35,885 bases of DNA from a virus (lineage: Duplodnaviria > Caudoviricetes). Every line of letters begins with the position of its first letter. The first letter of the stretch is position 1. Below the pieces are notes generated by a model, which was not told the origin of the DNA, did no database searches, and was given only the letters and a program-made list of their open reading frames with translations. The DNA lies in IMG/VR virus record IMGVR_UViG_3300033507_000016, positions 1 to 35,885 of that record, one strand, 5' to 3'. This document shows, in pieces, positions 1-8,152 of this stretch. The translations under genes and the position numbers were made by a program.

Positions 1-141
1 ACTTTTTAATCCTGACTGCAACTGTAACTTCACTAGACCCACCGCCTGAGCGAGTAACTATCAATGAGCCACGCACAACAATTGTTAGCGGAGTGATTGA
101 CATGTATTTGAACCATAGGAATGTTGAACGGTTAAACGTCT
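1..141. repeat. Exact 141-bp direct repeat of 35745-35885 (circular-assembly overlap)
   Basis: ACTTTTTAATCCTGACTGC...GGTTAAACGTCT is present at both ends, and an ORF reads through the junction in frame. Confidence 0.95.
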
Positions 142-871
142 CAAATCGTCTTTGTGTGCCTACTGTCATACTTGTGAATGGTAGTACAATGACGTTGCTA
201 GTCGATGCTAATGGTACGTTAGTTGTAATTGTAGCAGAGGAATAACGCTTGATGTTGTCTAACTGTAAAATATCCCAGTGTAGCGCTACAAGGTCGTGTG
301 TCCAAAAATCTACACCCTCATATTTATAGTTGAGGAAACCATACTTCATGCCACGTTGTCTTTGCGTGCCACGGCAAATGATTGCTGCGCGTTTACCATT
401 ATTATTAGATTGCTCAAGGTAAACCTTCACAAACACCCTATTATCAATTGTGGTTAGGTCTGGCAATAATATCGCGCAATCGTTAGCTAAAATACCCACG
501 CTTGTAATTGAGTTAACCTGAGTAATCTCAAATGTGGATAAGATTCTGTAACTAGCAAATGTGAATCCAGCGTGTGCATCGTCAAACACTAACTGTGTAG
601 CTGTGTTGCTTGCTACGATAGCGTAGTCCACCTCACCTGTAGCGGTTAGGAGTCTAACACCCTTGTTAGCGAATTGGTTAGTAGACCACGATTTACCTGA
701 GTCTGTAATAGAGTTGCTAGTCTGTGATGTTACCGTTCCGCTTGCAAAGTCTGCAGTAGCGGTGAAATCAATTGATTTGACGATTAACTTTTCAGTTGCG
801 TTGATAGCGGTATTAATCTTACCCCTAACAGAACCCTGACCCTCTAAGTTATTAAACGTTTGTAATGCCAT
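1..871 (-). CDS. 5' part of a 353-aa putative virion structural protein that spans the origin (continues to 35554)
   Basis: Manual translation from ATG at 871 (RBS AGGTGG) gives MALQTFNNLEGQGSVRGKIN..., open through position 1 and in frame with MSITPLT (103 = 35847). Missing from the ORF track because of the linear cut. Confidence 0.8.
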   Translation of the reverse strand, partial: MALQTFNNLEGQGSVRGKINTAINATEKLIVKSIDFTATADFASGTVTSQTSNSITDSGKSWSTNQFANKGVRLLTATGEVDYAIVASNTATQLVFDDAHAGFTFASYRILSTFEITQVNSITSVGILANDCAILLPDLTTIDNRVFVKVYLEQSNNNGKRAAIICRGTQRQRGMKYGFLNYKYEGVDFWTHDLVALHWDILQLDNIKRYSSATITTNVPLASTSNVIVLPFTSMTVGTQRRFETFNRSTFLWFKYMSITPLTIVVRGSLIVTRSGGGSSEVTVAVRIKK

Positions 872-1100
872 TGTCCACCTCCACTGGCAAGATTAGTTGT
901 AGCGTAGCGTCTGACATGAAGCAATCCACAGGTAATAAATGAACTATTTCCTCAAACTTATCCGATTGATTGTCAACATGTTCAATGATAAACTCCATAT
1001 CACCACTTGGCGTGCCAGTAGTAAACCGTCTAGCGTATGGCGATAGTGGAATGTTAACCGATTGATACTGTGCTTCTGTTGCTACTATCCAATTAATCAT
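852..1100 (-). CDS. Hypothetical protein in the structural module (82 aa)
   Basis: ORF track 852..1118. Start moved to MINWIV at 1100, just after the upstream stop and behind a GGGGG RBS. Confidence 0.65.
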   Translation of the reverse strand: MINWIVATEAQYQSVNIPLSPYARRFTTGTPSGDMEFIIEHVDNQSDKFEEIVHLLPVDCFMSDATLQLILPVEVDNGITNV

Positions 1101-1101
1101 G

Positions 1102-3252
1102 TTATACCCCCAATCCATACTTACTTTTCATCGCCTTCGAAACAAGCGAGACTATCTTAGTTTTGTCTAGTGTACCTTGTGGGCCTTTCCAGAAGGCGAT
1201 ATCGCCTTGGAGGCCGTCATAAAAAGCAGTTTTAGTTAAACCATCTAAACTGTCAGAACGACAACCGAGTTGTGTATTTAATCTAGTCGTTATTGCTGTT
1301 GGGTATGAAAAGCTATCAACTTCTATACCATTTACGTTTGCAAACCTTGTATTGTTTATTCTTCCAAACAATACATACTTTAAATCTGTTGAACTTAAAG
1401 AAACTGTTCGTATTACTCCATTTATTGTATAGTACATGCTACCATCGCTAGAAAATCTTATTGAATATTGAGCGTTTGCTTCTGATGTGTCATTTCTAGA
1501 TATGCCATAAAATCTAGTTGCAGTCGTATCATCTGGCCTTAACACCACCATCTGCGCAAAGTCATCCGTCCCCACAGGGTTTAGCACGTCCATGTTAGCA
1601 AACTGACCGAAGTCGTTTGTGCTATCTAGGTTGAGGAATGGTACACCTTTAGCCTTAACCGTTGCACTCGTTGCCGTGAATGAGAATAGCAAGTCACACT
1701 CAGCTACAGTGAGTTGTCTGCCGAGTTTGGCTTCTAGGGCTTGGACTTGTGGGTTGTCGTCGAGGTTGATGAGTTGCACTTGTTGAAATTCAGCGACTTT
1801 CCCATTAGCAATTGTAGCATCTGCATATTGGTGTCTTAGATATATAATATTGTCAAATGATACAACATTTAAGATGCCACTCATAGCGTACCATATATTT
1901 TGAACTGGAGATTCTTTGCTAACTGTATTTGCTGAACCAATTAACAACTGTAATGATTGACAATTTGAATTTGTTACTCTAGCTTTTGTTATTGCATAGT
2001 ATCTCTTATTCAAATCTAAAGATTTGCTTTGCAATGAATATCCAAACCCAAAACCACCATTGCAAGTGTGTGTTAATGTATTACTTGATACAGATGTTGT
2101 CCCAGTTAAACTTGAATTTCCGAATCCCCACCCAGTAGTCCCCTGACTAAAATCACTATTTATCACCAAGTTCGTATAAGGTATATCATCCCCGACACCC
2201 TTAACAGGAAATAAACCATACCCACTAGCCGTTGTGCCAGCGAAGCCGTTGAGTAGACAGTTGGCTTTGCCGTAGGGTTCGTAGGCGGTGGCGACTGAGC
2301 CGAGTTCGAGTTGGATGTTTGTAAAGGTCGCTGATGCAACTTCTGACGTTCCGCCCGTACATTGATATCTAAAATAAATCAATCCCGTTGCTGTTGTGGT
2401 GAAAGTCCACACTCCATTTAGAGTACTACTACCACCTGATATTTGATTTGCTCCTGACGGGGATGAGTGTATTGTCACACCACCACCAGTTGTGCCTGTT
2501 CGTGTCGATGTGTATTTCAACGTGTATCGTGTGAGTGGTGCTAACTGAACGACATATTCAGCATTTTTAAATAAACCTGCAACACTTGAAGCTACGATAA
2601 AACCATTTCCACTAAAGTTCAATGTTGTGTTAGTCGTTATTTCGTTAAATGGTCGCATAACATCAAACAAGTTCTTACCAACCACCCCACTCAAGTCTAC
2701 CCACGGGTTGGTGAAGGGTGAGTTGAGCGTGTCTATTGGTGCGGCTAGTTGGTAGCGGATGGTGATGGGGTTTGATGCAAGCCATGCTTTGAATGTCGAA
2801 AGATTTGAGACTTTTGTTTTTGCTATTGATAATTTTATTATTGATTTTTCTCTGTAAAACGCCTCATAGTTGACTACTAACGCACCGCCAAAGCCAATAT
2901 CAACTATTGTTTTAAGATTACTAAAATACCCATCTATCACGTAGTTAGTACTGGTTGATACATCAGAATTTGGAGTTGCGTTAGAAATATAAAAACCAAG
3001 AACATCAGTTTGAGTGTCTGCATATGGTTGCCAATCTTCACTACCATTAAACACCACATCCGCACTAACATTCTGCAAATAGTCTGAGTTGCTAACCCCA
3101 TTGGGTAGCGTTCTAGGTTCTAGCTTCTCCCATGGTTGACCGTCTGCTTTGTTCGGGTCAAGGTAGAAGTCTGATGAACGGATTAACTGTTGCTGTGCTG
3201 ATTGTATTAAGTTGCCTTTGTGTAGGCCAAGGCCTAGTCCTAATTGTGGCAT
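1102..3252 (-). CDS. Putative head fibre / receptor-binding protein with carbohydrate-binding-like modules and a LamG-like C-terminus
   Basis: N-terminal LGLGLGL, Thr/Ser/Gly-rich beta modules, phage-fibre motifs FKAWLASNPITIRYQLA, GKNLFD, NIQLELGSVATAYEPY and NLVINSDFSQGTTGW. Lies just downstream of the capsid gene. Confidence 0.65.
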   Translation of the reverse strand: MPQLGLGLGLHKGNLIQSAQQQLIRSSDFYLDPNKADGQPWEKLEPRTLPNGVSNSDYLQNVSADVVFNGSEDWQPYADTQTDVLGFYISNATPNSDVSTSTNYVIDGYFSNLKTIVDIGFGGALVVNYEAFYREKSIIKLSIAKTKVSNLSTFKAWLASNPITIRYQLAAPIDTLNSPFTNPWVDLSGVVGKNLFDVMRPFNEITTNTTLNFSGNGFIVASSVAGLFKNAEYVVQLAPLTRYTLKYTSTRTGTTGGGVTIHSSPSGANQISGGSSTLNGVWTFTTTATGLIYFRYQCTGGTSEVASATFTNIQLELGSVATAYEPYGKANCLLNGFAGTTASGYGLFPVKGVGDDIPYTNLVINSDFSQGTTGWGFGNSSLTGTTSVSSNTLTHTCNGGFGFGYSLQSKSLDLNKRYYAITKARVTNSNCQSLQLLIGSANTVSKESPVQNIWYAMSGILNVVSFDNIIYLRHQYADATIANGKVAEFQQVQLINLDDNPQVQALEAKLGRQLTVAECDLLFSFTATSATVKAKGVPFLNLDSTNDFGQFANMDVLNPVGTDDFAQMVVLRPDDTTATRFYGISRNDTSEANAQYSIRFSSDGSMYYTINGVIRTVSLSSTDLKYVLFGRINNTRFANVNGIEVDSFSYPTAITTRLNTQLGCRSDSLDGLTKTAFYDGLQGDIAFWKGPQGTLDKTKIVSLVSKAMKSKYGLGV

Positions 3253-3262
3253 GTTTGCCCCC

Positions 3263-3493
3263 TTACTTGTAGGCTACTACTGTGCCAGTTGTTTGTACTG
3301 ATGTAAATACACCGTAGATAGTCTGACCAGCTATCATTACAACCGTAGGAGTCAATCCATCAATCCAATTACTAGCCAACACTACAGTGCAATCAACTAG
3401 CGCATTGATCACTGTAAAAGGATTGCTTGCTGGTGCTGTTGTAGTTGTGTTATTAATATATGTTCCATTCGCTCCAAATGCCATTGAGTTCAT
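3263..3493 (-). CDS. Small beta-rich virion protein, candidate head-spike base
   Basis: 76 aa ending GQTIYGVFTSVQTTGTVVAYK, immediately upstream of the LGLGLGL fibre, with an AAGGGG RBS. Confidence 0.55.
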   Translation of the reverse strand: MNSMAFGANGTYINNTTTTAPASNPFTVINALVDCTVVLASNWIDGLTPTVVMIAGQTIYGVFTSVQTTGTVVAYK

Positions 3494-3512
3494 ACGATAC
3501 CCCTTTCAAGTT

Positions 3513-3547
3513 AAAAAGGCGATGCACACTGTTAAATGTACACCGCC
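3513..3547 (-). terminator. Rho-independent terminator after the capsid genes
   Basis: Minus strand stem GGCGGTGTACA/TGTGCATCGCC followed by TTTTT. Confidence 0.75.
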
Positions 3548-3562
3548 CTATGGTTTGGTTGG

Positions 3563-3685
3563 CTATTTAGTTTTAGCAACCTTCTTCGGTTCTTCTGTTA
3601 CTTCTACAAAGCCAGTCCGTAACCATATACTATAATTATTCTCGACTGGTTCGTCAATCGTTAAGCCATCTTTAATAAATTTCAT
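3563..3685 (-). CDS. 40-aa protein after the major capsid gene (MKFIKDGLTIDEPVENNYSIWLRTGFVEVTEEPKKVAKTK)
   Basis: Manual translation. It fills the gap between the capsid stop and the terminator, and has a basic tail like small post-capsid proteins. Confidence 0.6.
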   Translation of the reverse strand: MKFIKDGLTIDEPVENNYSIWLRTGFVEVTEEPKKVAKTK

Positions 3686-3693
3686 AAGCTAAC

Positions 3694-4521
3694 CTATGCG
3701 ATTTTATGCTGATACACGGCTTTAATTTTAGGTACTGAGGTGAACGCATCATAGATGAAACGACCCTCAATTAGTGCGCCTGAGATACCAGGAGGATTGT
3801 CGTGCGTGTTAATCTCTTCAAGTTGCATAGGTGCAGCGTTAGCTGATGGGTGAGTCATGATAAAAGCTGTGTTAGTTGGAAGAATAGCCGTGTAACCAAC
3901 AACGATAGCAACGCCATCAATCTCGCCAACCTGACCATTAACTAACATCTTTTGACCCATGTCAGATGCTTTAATAAAGTTACCATCAAGCTTAATGAAC
4001 TTGTAGAATGATGGTGATACAACAGCAACACGGCCATCTCTAGGAACTAACGCATTGTCTAAGGCTACAGAAGCATCTAGGAACTTTTCGTATGCGTTGG
4101 ATGCGGTAATAGCGGCTGTGGCAACTTGAGAAGCTGTAGCAGCAGAAGCAGCTAAGACAGTCAGGTTATACAAATCTTGCTCAGGAATGAATCTTTCCTC
4201 AAGTTGAATCTTGATAACAGCACCAGTAGTCTTAACAAGATTACCTTGCATATAGTTACCCTTATCAACTGTGATAGAGAATCCACGATCTTTAGTGATT
4301 GAGTATTCCTGTGTAACATCTTGTAACTCAGCCGGAGAACCGAATCTATTTGCACCTGTTCTAGTATAATCAGCAAGTGCTTGAGAAGTTAGTGTGTAAA
4401 CTACAGCGGTTTTAGAACCGATAAAGTCATACTTCATACCAAACATTGCTTTAGTTAGTGATTTTTTAGAGTACTGTTGATCAATTGCGCTTTGATACTT
4501 CTTTGCCAAATTTACAGCCAT
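3694..4521 (-). CDS. Major capsid protein (HK97 fold, N4-gp56/P22-coat-like)
   Basis: MAVNLAKKY start with DYTRTGANRFG, ITKDRGFSITVD, GQVGEIDGV and PPGISGALIEGRFIYDAF motifs typical of Firmicutes phage capsids. Follows the scaffold gene. Confidence 0.9.
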   Translation of the reverse strand: MAVNLAKKYQSAIDQQYSKKSLTKAMFGMKYDFIGSKTAVVYTLTSQALADYTRTGANRFGSPAELQDVTQEYSITKDRGFSITVDKGNYMQGNLVKTTGAVIKIQLEERFIPEQDLYNLTVLAASAATASQVATAAITASNAYEKFLDASVALDNALVPRDGRVAVVSPSFYKFIKLDGNFIKASDMGQKMLVNGQVGEIDGVAIVVGYTAILPTNTAFIMTHPSANAAPMQLEEINTHDNPPGISGALIEGRFIYDAFTSVPKIKAVYQHKIA

Positions 4522-4537
4522 GTGTATACCTCTTTTC

Positions 4538-5290
4538 TTAGTTGCCTAATAGACCAGCTAAGAAATCATCATCTGAACGTGTACCAGTTCCGCCATTATT
4601 AGTCGTGCTAGTAACAGGGGAAGATTTTACATTCTCAACGAGTTTCTTATACCTATCTAACTCGGCTTGTAGTTGTTTGTTTTGATGTACTGCGTAAGCT
4701 TGCTTTAAAGACTCGCCATTAAGTACAGCTTCATACACCTCTTTAGGCAGTGCGTTCGGGTCCACATTAGGATATTCCCTGATAAACGCATCAATCTGCT
4801 CTGTCTGTGCCGACTTATTCTTTTGCTCAGTCTCATAAGCTTCAATTTGTCTTGCTTTCTGTTCGAGTTCGTAGGCTCTTTGCTCAAATTCTAAGGTTGT
4901 TTCGTTATTCTCTGCTCGTGATTGCATACGGTTATTGTGAAGCATCTCAGCAAACTCTTTAGCACTGTAGCCGTACTCGGTTGCTAACTTCTCAAATGTA
5001 CCTAGCTCGTTGCTCTTTTCCTCAAATTGTTTACGTTGTTCTTTGACACGATCATAATCCAAACCCTTCTGAACATACTCTTTGAGTTCGTCAGGCGTGA
5101 AGTCCTTGAGTTTTTTAACATCTTTAAAATGTTTAATTTCAAGGTCTCTTAGGTCAAACTCCGGTTGTTTGTCCTCGGTTGATTGCTCATGTGTCTCTAG
5201 TGTTTCATTAGGCTCAAGTTCGGATGGTATTTCCTCTTCTTCAAAGCCTTCGGGTAATAAATAATCTAGTTCTTGGATTTGGTTGTCCAT
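4538..5290 (-). CDS. Capsid scaffolding protein
   Basis: Acidic, helical protein between portal and capsid, with QKGLDYD and FIREYP motifs and a C-terminal DDFLAGL. Confidence 0.8.
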   Translation of the reverse strand: MDNQIQELDYLLPEGFEEEEIPSELEPNETLETHEQSTEDKQPEFDLRDLEIKHFKDVKKLKDFTPDELKEYVQKGLDYDRVKEQRKQFEEKSNELGTFEKLATEYGYSAKEFAEMLHNNRMQSRAENNETTLEFEQRAYELEQKARQIEAYETEQKNKSAQTEQIDAFIREYPNVDPNALPKEVYEAVLNGESLKQAYAVHQNKQLQAELDRYKKLVENVKSSPVTSTTNNGGTGTRSDDDFLAGLLGN

Positions 5291-5336
5291 GGGTTAAATC
5301 TCCTTTATTCAATAGGTATGGTTGCCTTATGTGTAT

Positions 5337-5364
5337 ATTTTACCATAAACAATAAAAAACGCAA
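5337..5364 (-). promoter_or_regulatory. Putative promoter for scaffold/capsid genes
   Basis: TTGCGT-16 nt-TAAAAT with an extended TG, overlapping the portal terminator. Confidence 0.5.
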
Positions 5365-5394
5365 GACATAGTATTGCATACTACATCAAGCGTT
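5354..5394 (-). terminator. Terminator after the portal gene
   Basis: Minus strand ACGC-TT-GATGTAGTAT-GCA-ATACTATGTC-TT-GCGT followed by a T run. Confidence 0.65.
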
Positions 5395-5402
5395 ATTTAA
5401 TA

Positions 5403-7082
5403 CTACATAGGTGGCGCTTGCATACCCATATCAGGTTGCACAGGCATTTGCATTTGAGCCTGTTGAGCCATTAATTCAGCCTTCTCTTTAATCTTAGTGA
5501 TTAACCCTTGCTTCTCAGGTACGAAACCTTCTGGCACTCGCTCTAAGTAGTCGGCAAATTCTATCATACCATTAGCTAGTAAGTTATCTAGCGTGGCTTG
5601 TTGTGCTATCTGTGAGTAATAAGTGGTCGCACCAACGTCAACATTAACGTTAAACTGCATATCCTTTAGTTTAGCAAAGTCAAACTCTACTACTTGCTTA
5701 CCAATCTCAGGCATATCGGCAACAATAGGACGTGAACCGTAGTAAGTACCAGCCATATCTGCGTAAATGTGCATCATATCTTCAATCATTTCATATAAGT
5801 TAGACTTAGGACCCTCTAAAGGTACGCCTGACTGTCTAGCCGTTACACTAATAGCTGCGCCACTCGCTTGCTCAGGGTTGATGTCACCTAACAAAGCATC
5901 GTTAGCACCTATCATTTCCTTAGTGTACTTGATAGTCATTTCAATCAACTGTGTAATCTGTGGTGACATCGTAGCCGGTTGTAAGTAGCCAGCCATATTA
6001 AATATTGATTCCCCAGGTTGGCGGTTGATAGCAATAGCCGAACCGATAGCGTTAGACCACCCACTAATCATATTGCGGTCATACACAGCCTTAGGAAACG
6101 CAGTCTGTTGTAAGTGATACATAGCCATCGCAAACATACGATTAACGAATATTTGATTAGGTACAATGTCAGTTACTAACCCTCTACCATGGCATTGATT
6201 TTTCTGATGTTCCCAGTTGTTAAAGCCAATAGGATATAGGTAAAGGCCTGTGTCTACGTCCTCAAAAATAACTCTGTCAACTAGTGACTTCGTAGCGTGT
6301 ACGGTGATTATGCCTTTCTTATTGCGCTTCTTATAGTATTCAAGTACATAACCAACTTTGCCAAACTCGTCACTGTCTAACTCTTGCTTACCATCAATAG
6401 ATTCTTGATCTTCTGTCTCGCTGTCAGGCGATATAACCAACTCATCAAGCGATTTTAGTTTTTGATGAAACTTAATCTCTTGCTTGATATTATCCACCGT
6501 GTCACGCCCGTATATACCGATGTATTGCTGTTTTTGTACGTCACGACTGTTAGGGTTAGACATGTAAAGGTTAACACCGTCAATGGTTTCAATCTCATTT
6601 TGACCCTCAACGATAGAGTTGAGACCGTATGGTTTAGCATTACGGTCAAAATACATGTGGTATGCCATATCACCTGTAACGCCAGCATCTACTAGTAAAT
6701 CTCTTGCCAACATGTCAATCTTAATCCGCTCTAAGTAGTTTTTAAAGTCAGCAGAAGCCACGATAGCTGTCATGTTATCCAAGTCTTGATAATCATCATC
6801 ACGCATTAACTGAGTCTTGTATTCCCCAGTGATAGAAGATGAAGTCATCATGGATACGAAGAATAACAGCGACCGCTTGAGAATGTTAAACACTGGCTGT
6901 GGTAGATCACTACTTAAACCTGTAGCATTAACCCACTGATTACCGTTATAGAACTCCCAGTTGGTTGTGATTGTATCGTAGTATCTATTCTGCAACGAAT
7001 TGTTCCACCTTCTACCAGTGTCGTACCGTTTCCAACTCTTTGTATAGTCCTCTTTTTTAACCTTGTCCCTGTATGCCATCAT
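5403..7082 (-). CDS. Portal protein (P22-like, podovirus type)
   Basis: 559 aa downstream of TerL, with WEFYNGNQW, PVFNILK, HGRGLV and ASGAAIS motifs and a Gln/Met/Pro-rich tail. Confidence 0.85.
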   Translation of the reverse strand: MMAYRDKVKKEDYTKSWKRYDTGRRWNNSLQNRYYDTITTNWEFYNGNQWVNATGLSSDLPQPVFNILKRSLLFFVSMMTSSSITGEYKTQLMRDDDYQDLDNMTAIVASADFKNYLERIKIDMLARDLLVDAGVTGDMAYHMYFDRNAKPYGLNSIVEGQNEIETIDGVNLYMSNPNSRDVQKQQYIGIYGRDTVDNIKQEIKFHQKLKSLDELVISPDSETEDQESIDGKQELDSDEFGKVGYVLEYYKKRNKKGIITVHATKSLVDRVIFEDVDTGLYLYPIGFNNWEHQKNQCHGRGLVTDIVPNQIFVNRMFAMAMYHLQQTAFPKAVYDRNMISGWSNAIGSAIAINRQPGESIFNMAGYLQPATMSPQITQLIEMTIKYTKEMIGANDALLGDINPEQASGAAISVTARQSGVPLEGPKSNLYEMIEDMMHIYADMAGTYYGSRPIVADMPEIGKQVVEFDFAKLKDMQFNVNVDVGATTYYSQIAQQATLDNLLANGMIEFADYLERVPEGFVPEKQGLITKIKEKAELMAQQAQMQMPVQPDMGMQAPPM

Positions 7083-7288
7083 CTACCCCCTCGATTGTAA
7101 GCCTGATTTGTATCATAATTCATGAGCGCCTGAAAGTGTTCTGATTTGATACGTTCGTCCTCTTGCTCTTTGAGTGAAACCTCTTGAGCCTTGATGATAG
7201 CAACCTTCTTGCCTGTCTTATCCATGCCAATGATGTAACCAATAGCTAATCCTAATGCTAAAGTCAGTAATACTAACATTATTTCCAT
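7079..7288 (-). CDS. Small membrane-anchored protein between terminase and portal
   Basis: N-terminal hydrophobic helix MEIMLVLLTLALGLAIGYIIG, GGAGG RBS, ATGA overlap with the portal start. Confidence 0.7.
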   Translation of the reverse strand: MEIMLVLLTLALGLAIGYIIGMDKTGKKVAIIKAQEVSLKEQEDERIKSEHFQALMNYDTNQAYNRGGR

Positions 7289-7515
7289 TTTGTCATAACC
7301 TCCATATAGTTATTAACGTCATTATGTTGATTGTCTGCGTACTTATCCACAGTATTATCCACGTGCTGTGCATATCTAACGATGCAGAAACCACGTAAGC
7401 TGTCGCAATTATGGACAACTAACCCGGACTCTATAGCAAAGTTGTTATGATTTTCTACATACATATTATAAACTGGTTCTCGTTCATTAATCTTTGTTAT
7501 TCTTTTTATTTTCAC
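7279..7515 (-). CDS. terL: C-intein (36 aa) fused to the C-terminal 42 aa of terminase large subunit
   Basis: MKIKRITK...VYNMYVENHNNF (block F)...LVVHN|C (block G, Cys+1), then DSLRGF matching the terminase DALRY motif. GTG start with AAGAGGT RBS. Confidence 0.93.
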   Translation of the reverse strand: MKIKRITKINEREPVYNMYVENHNNFAIESGLVVHNCDSLRGFCIVRYAQHVDNTVDKYADNQHNDVNNYMEVMTKWK

Positions 7516-8101
7516 GTTTCAACCTCTTGGTTTCACTTGCCACAATAGGACTACATGCAACACAATACATCGCCTTAGAACTTTTGTTAACAAATCTATC
7601 GACACCACACATGGCGCAAGTTTTATGAACATGAGACGCTTTTGTATTAAACCTATTTTTACTCTTGCAATTATTAGAACAAAACTTACCCTTCTTGTCA
7701 GTTTCAAACACTTTACCACAAACCAAACAATTTTTAGTATATCTTTCGTGAAGTTTATGTTTCATGTTTTCATAATGTTGTTTGTGCCAGTCTATACCAT
7801 TTGAAGAACCGTGCCAAATTGAAGCTAAATGACGATATTTGTCTAGATTTTCTCTTAATTTTGTTATATCTCCCAAGCTACCGTGATAAGATTGATGTCC
7901 AGACGCACGAATCAATTCTAAATTATCAATATCATTGTTCGATTTGTTGTGATCTTTATGGTGAACATAAAAACCTTTTTCTATTTTTCCATAATGCTTT
8001 TCATATACATAAACGTGTAATCTTTTAATACAACCACCAACATTACCAACATAATACCCTTGCTTCGACATCCAAAATTTATTTTCATCTAATATAATCA
8101 T
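7487..8101 (-). CDS. HNH homing endonuclease with C-terminal Cys4 zinc-binding motifs
   Basis: RLHVYVY...VHHKDHNKSNNDIDNL (HNH_3-type core), CLVC...FCSNNC and CAMC...YCVAC, AGGAGG RBS. Confidence 0.9.
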   Translation of the reverse strand: MIILDENKFWMSKQGYYVGNVGGCIKRLHVYVYEKHYGKIEKGFYVHHKDHNKSNNDIDNLELIRASGHQSYHGSLGDITKLRENLDKYRHLASIWHGSSNGIDWHKQHYENMKHKLHERYTKNCLVCGKVFETDKKGKFCSNNCKSKNRFNTKASHVHKTCAMCGVDRFVNKSSKAMYCVACSPIVASETKRLKRENKKNNKD

Positions 8102-8107
8102 ATATTT

Positions 8108-8152
8108 CCTCCTGTATGATTATATTATAACATAAATACCGCAGAGCATCAA
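8108..8152 (-). promoter_or_regulatory. SigA-type promoter and RBS for the HNH/IntC unit
   Basis: TTGATG (8152-8147, overlapping the TerL-N stop)-17 nt-TATAAT (8129-8124) with extended TG. AGGAGG at 8113-8108. Confidence 0.8.

Noticed and set aside
1-141. Biological direct terminal repeat
   Set aside because: It falls mid-gene and its length matches a usual assembler overlap. It cannot be called a packaging terminus without reads.
1102-3252. Diversity-generating retroelement or invertible shufflon acting on the fibre
   Set aside because: No reverse transcriptase, invertase, template repeat or inverted crossover sites were seen.
7519-7719. 66-aa ORF in the IntC frame
   Set aside because: It lies wholly inside the HNH gene, ends at a stop before IntC and has no recognisable motif.
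7516-8148. Group I intron carrying the HNH and rejoining IntN and IntC at RNA level
   Set aside because: Only 47 non-coding nt are present and they are occupied by a promoter and RBS. No ribozyme core is visible, and IntC has its own RBS and start.
7487-8151. Contiguous intein broken by sequencing frameshifts, or a terL pseudogene
   Set aside because: It would need errors at both HNH ends. Each piece has proper start signals and all splicing residues are intact.
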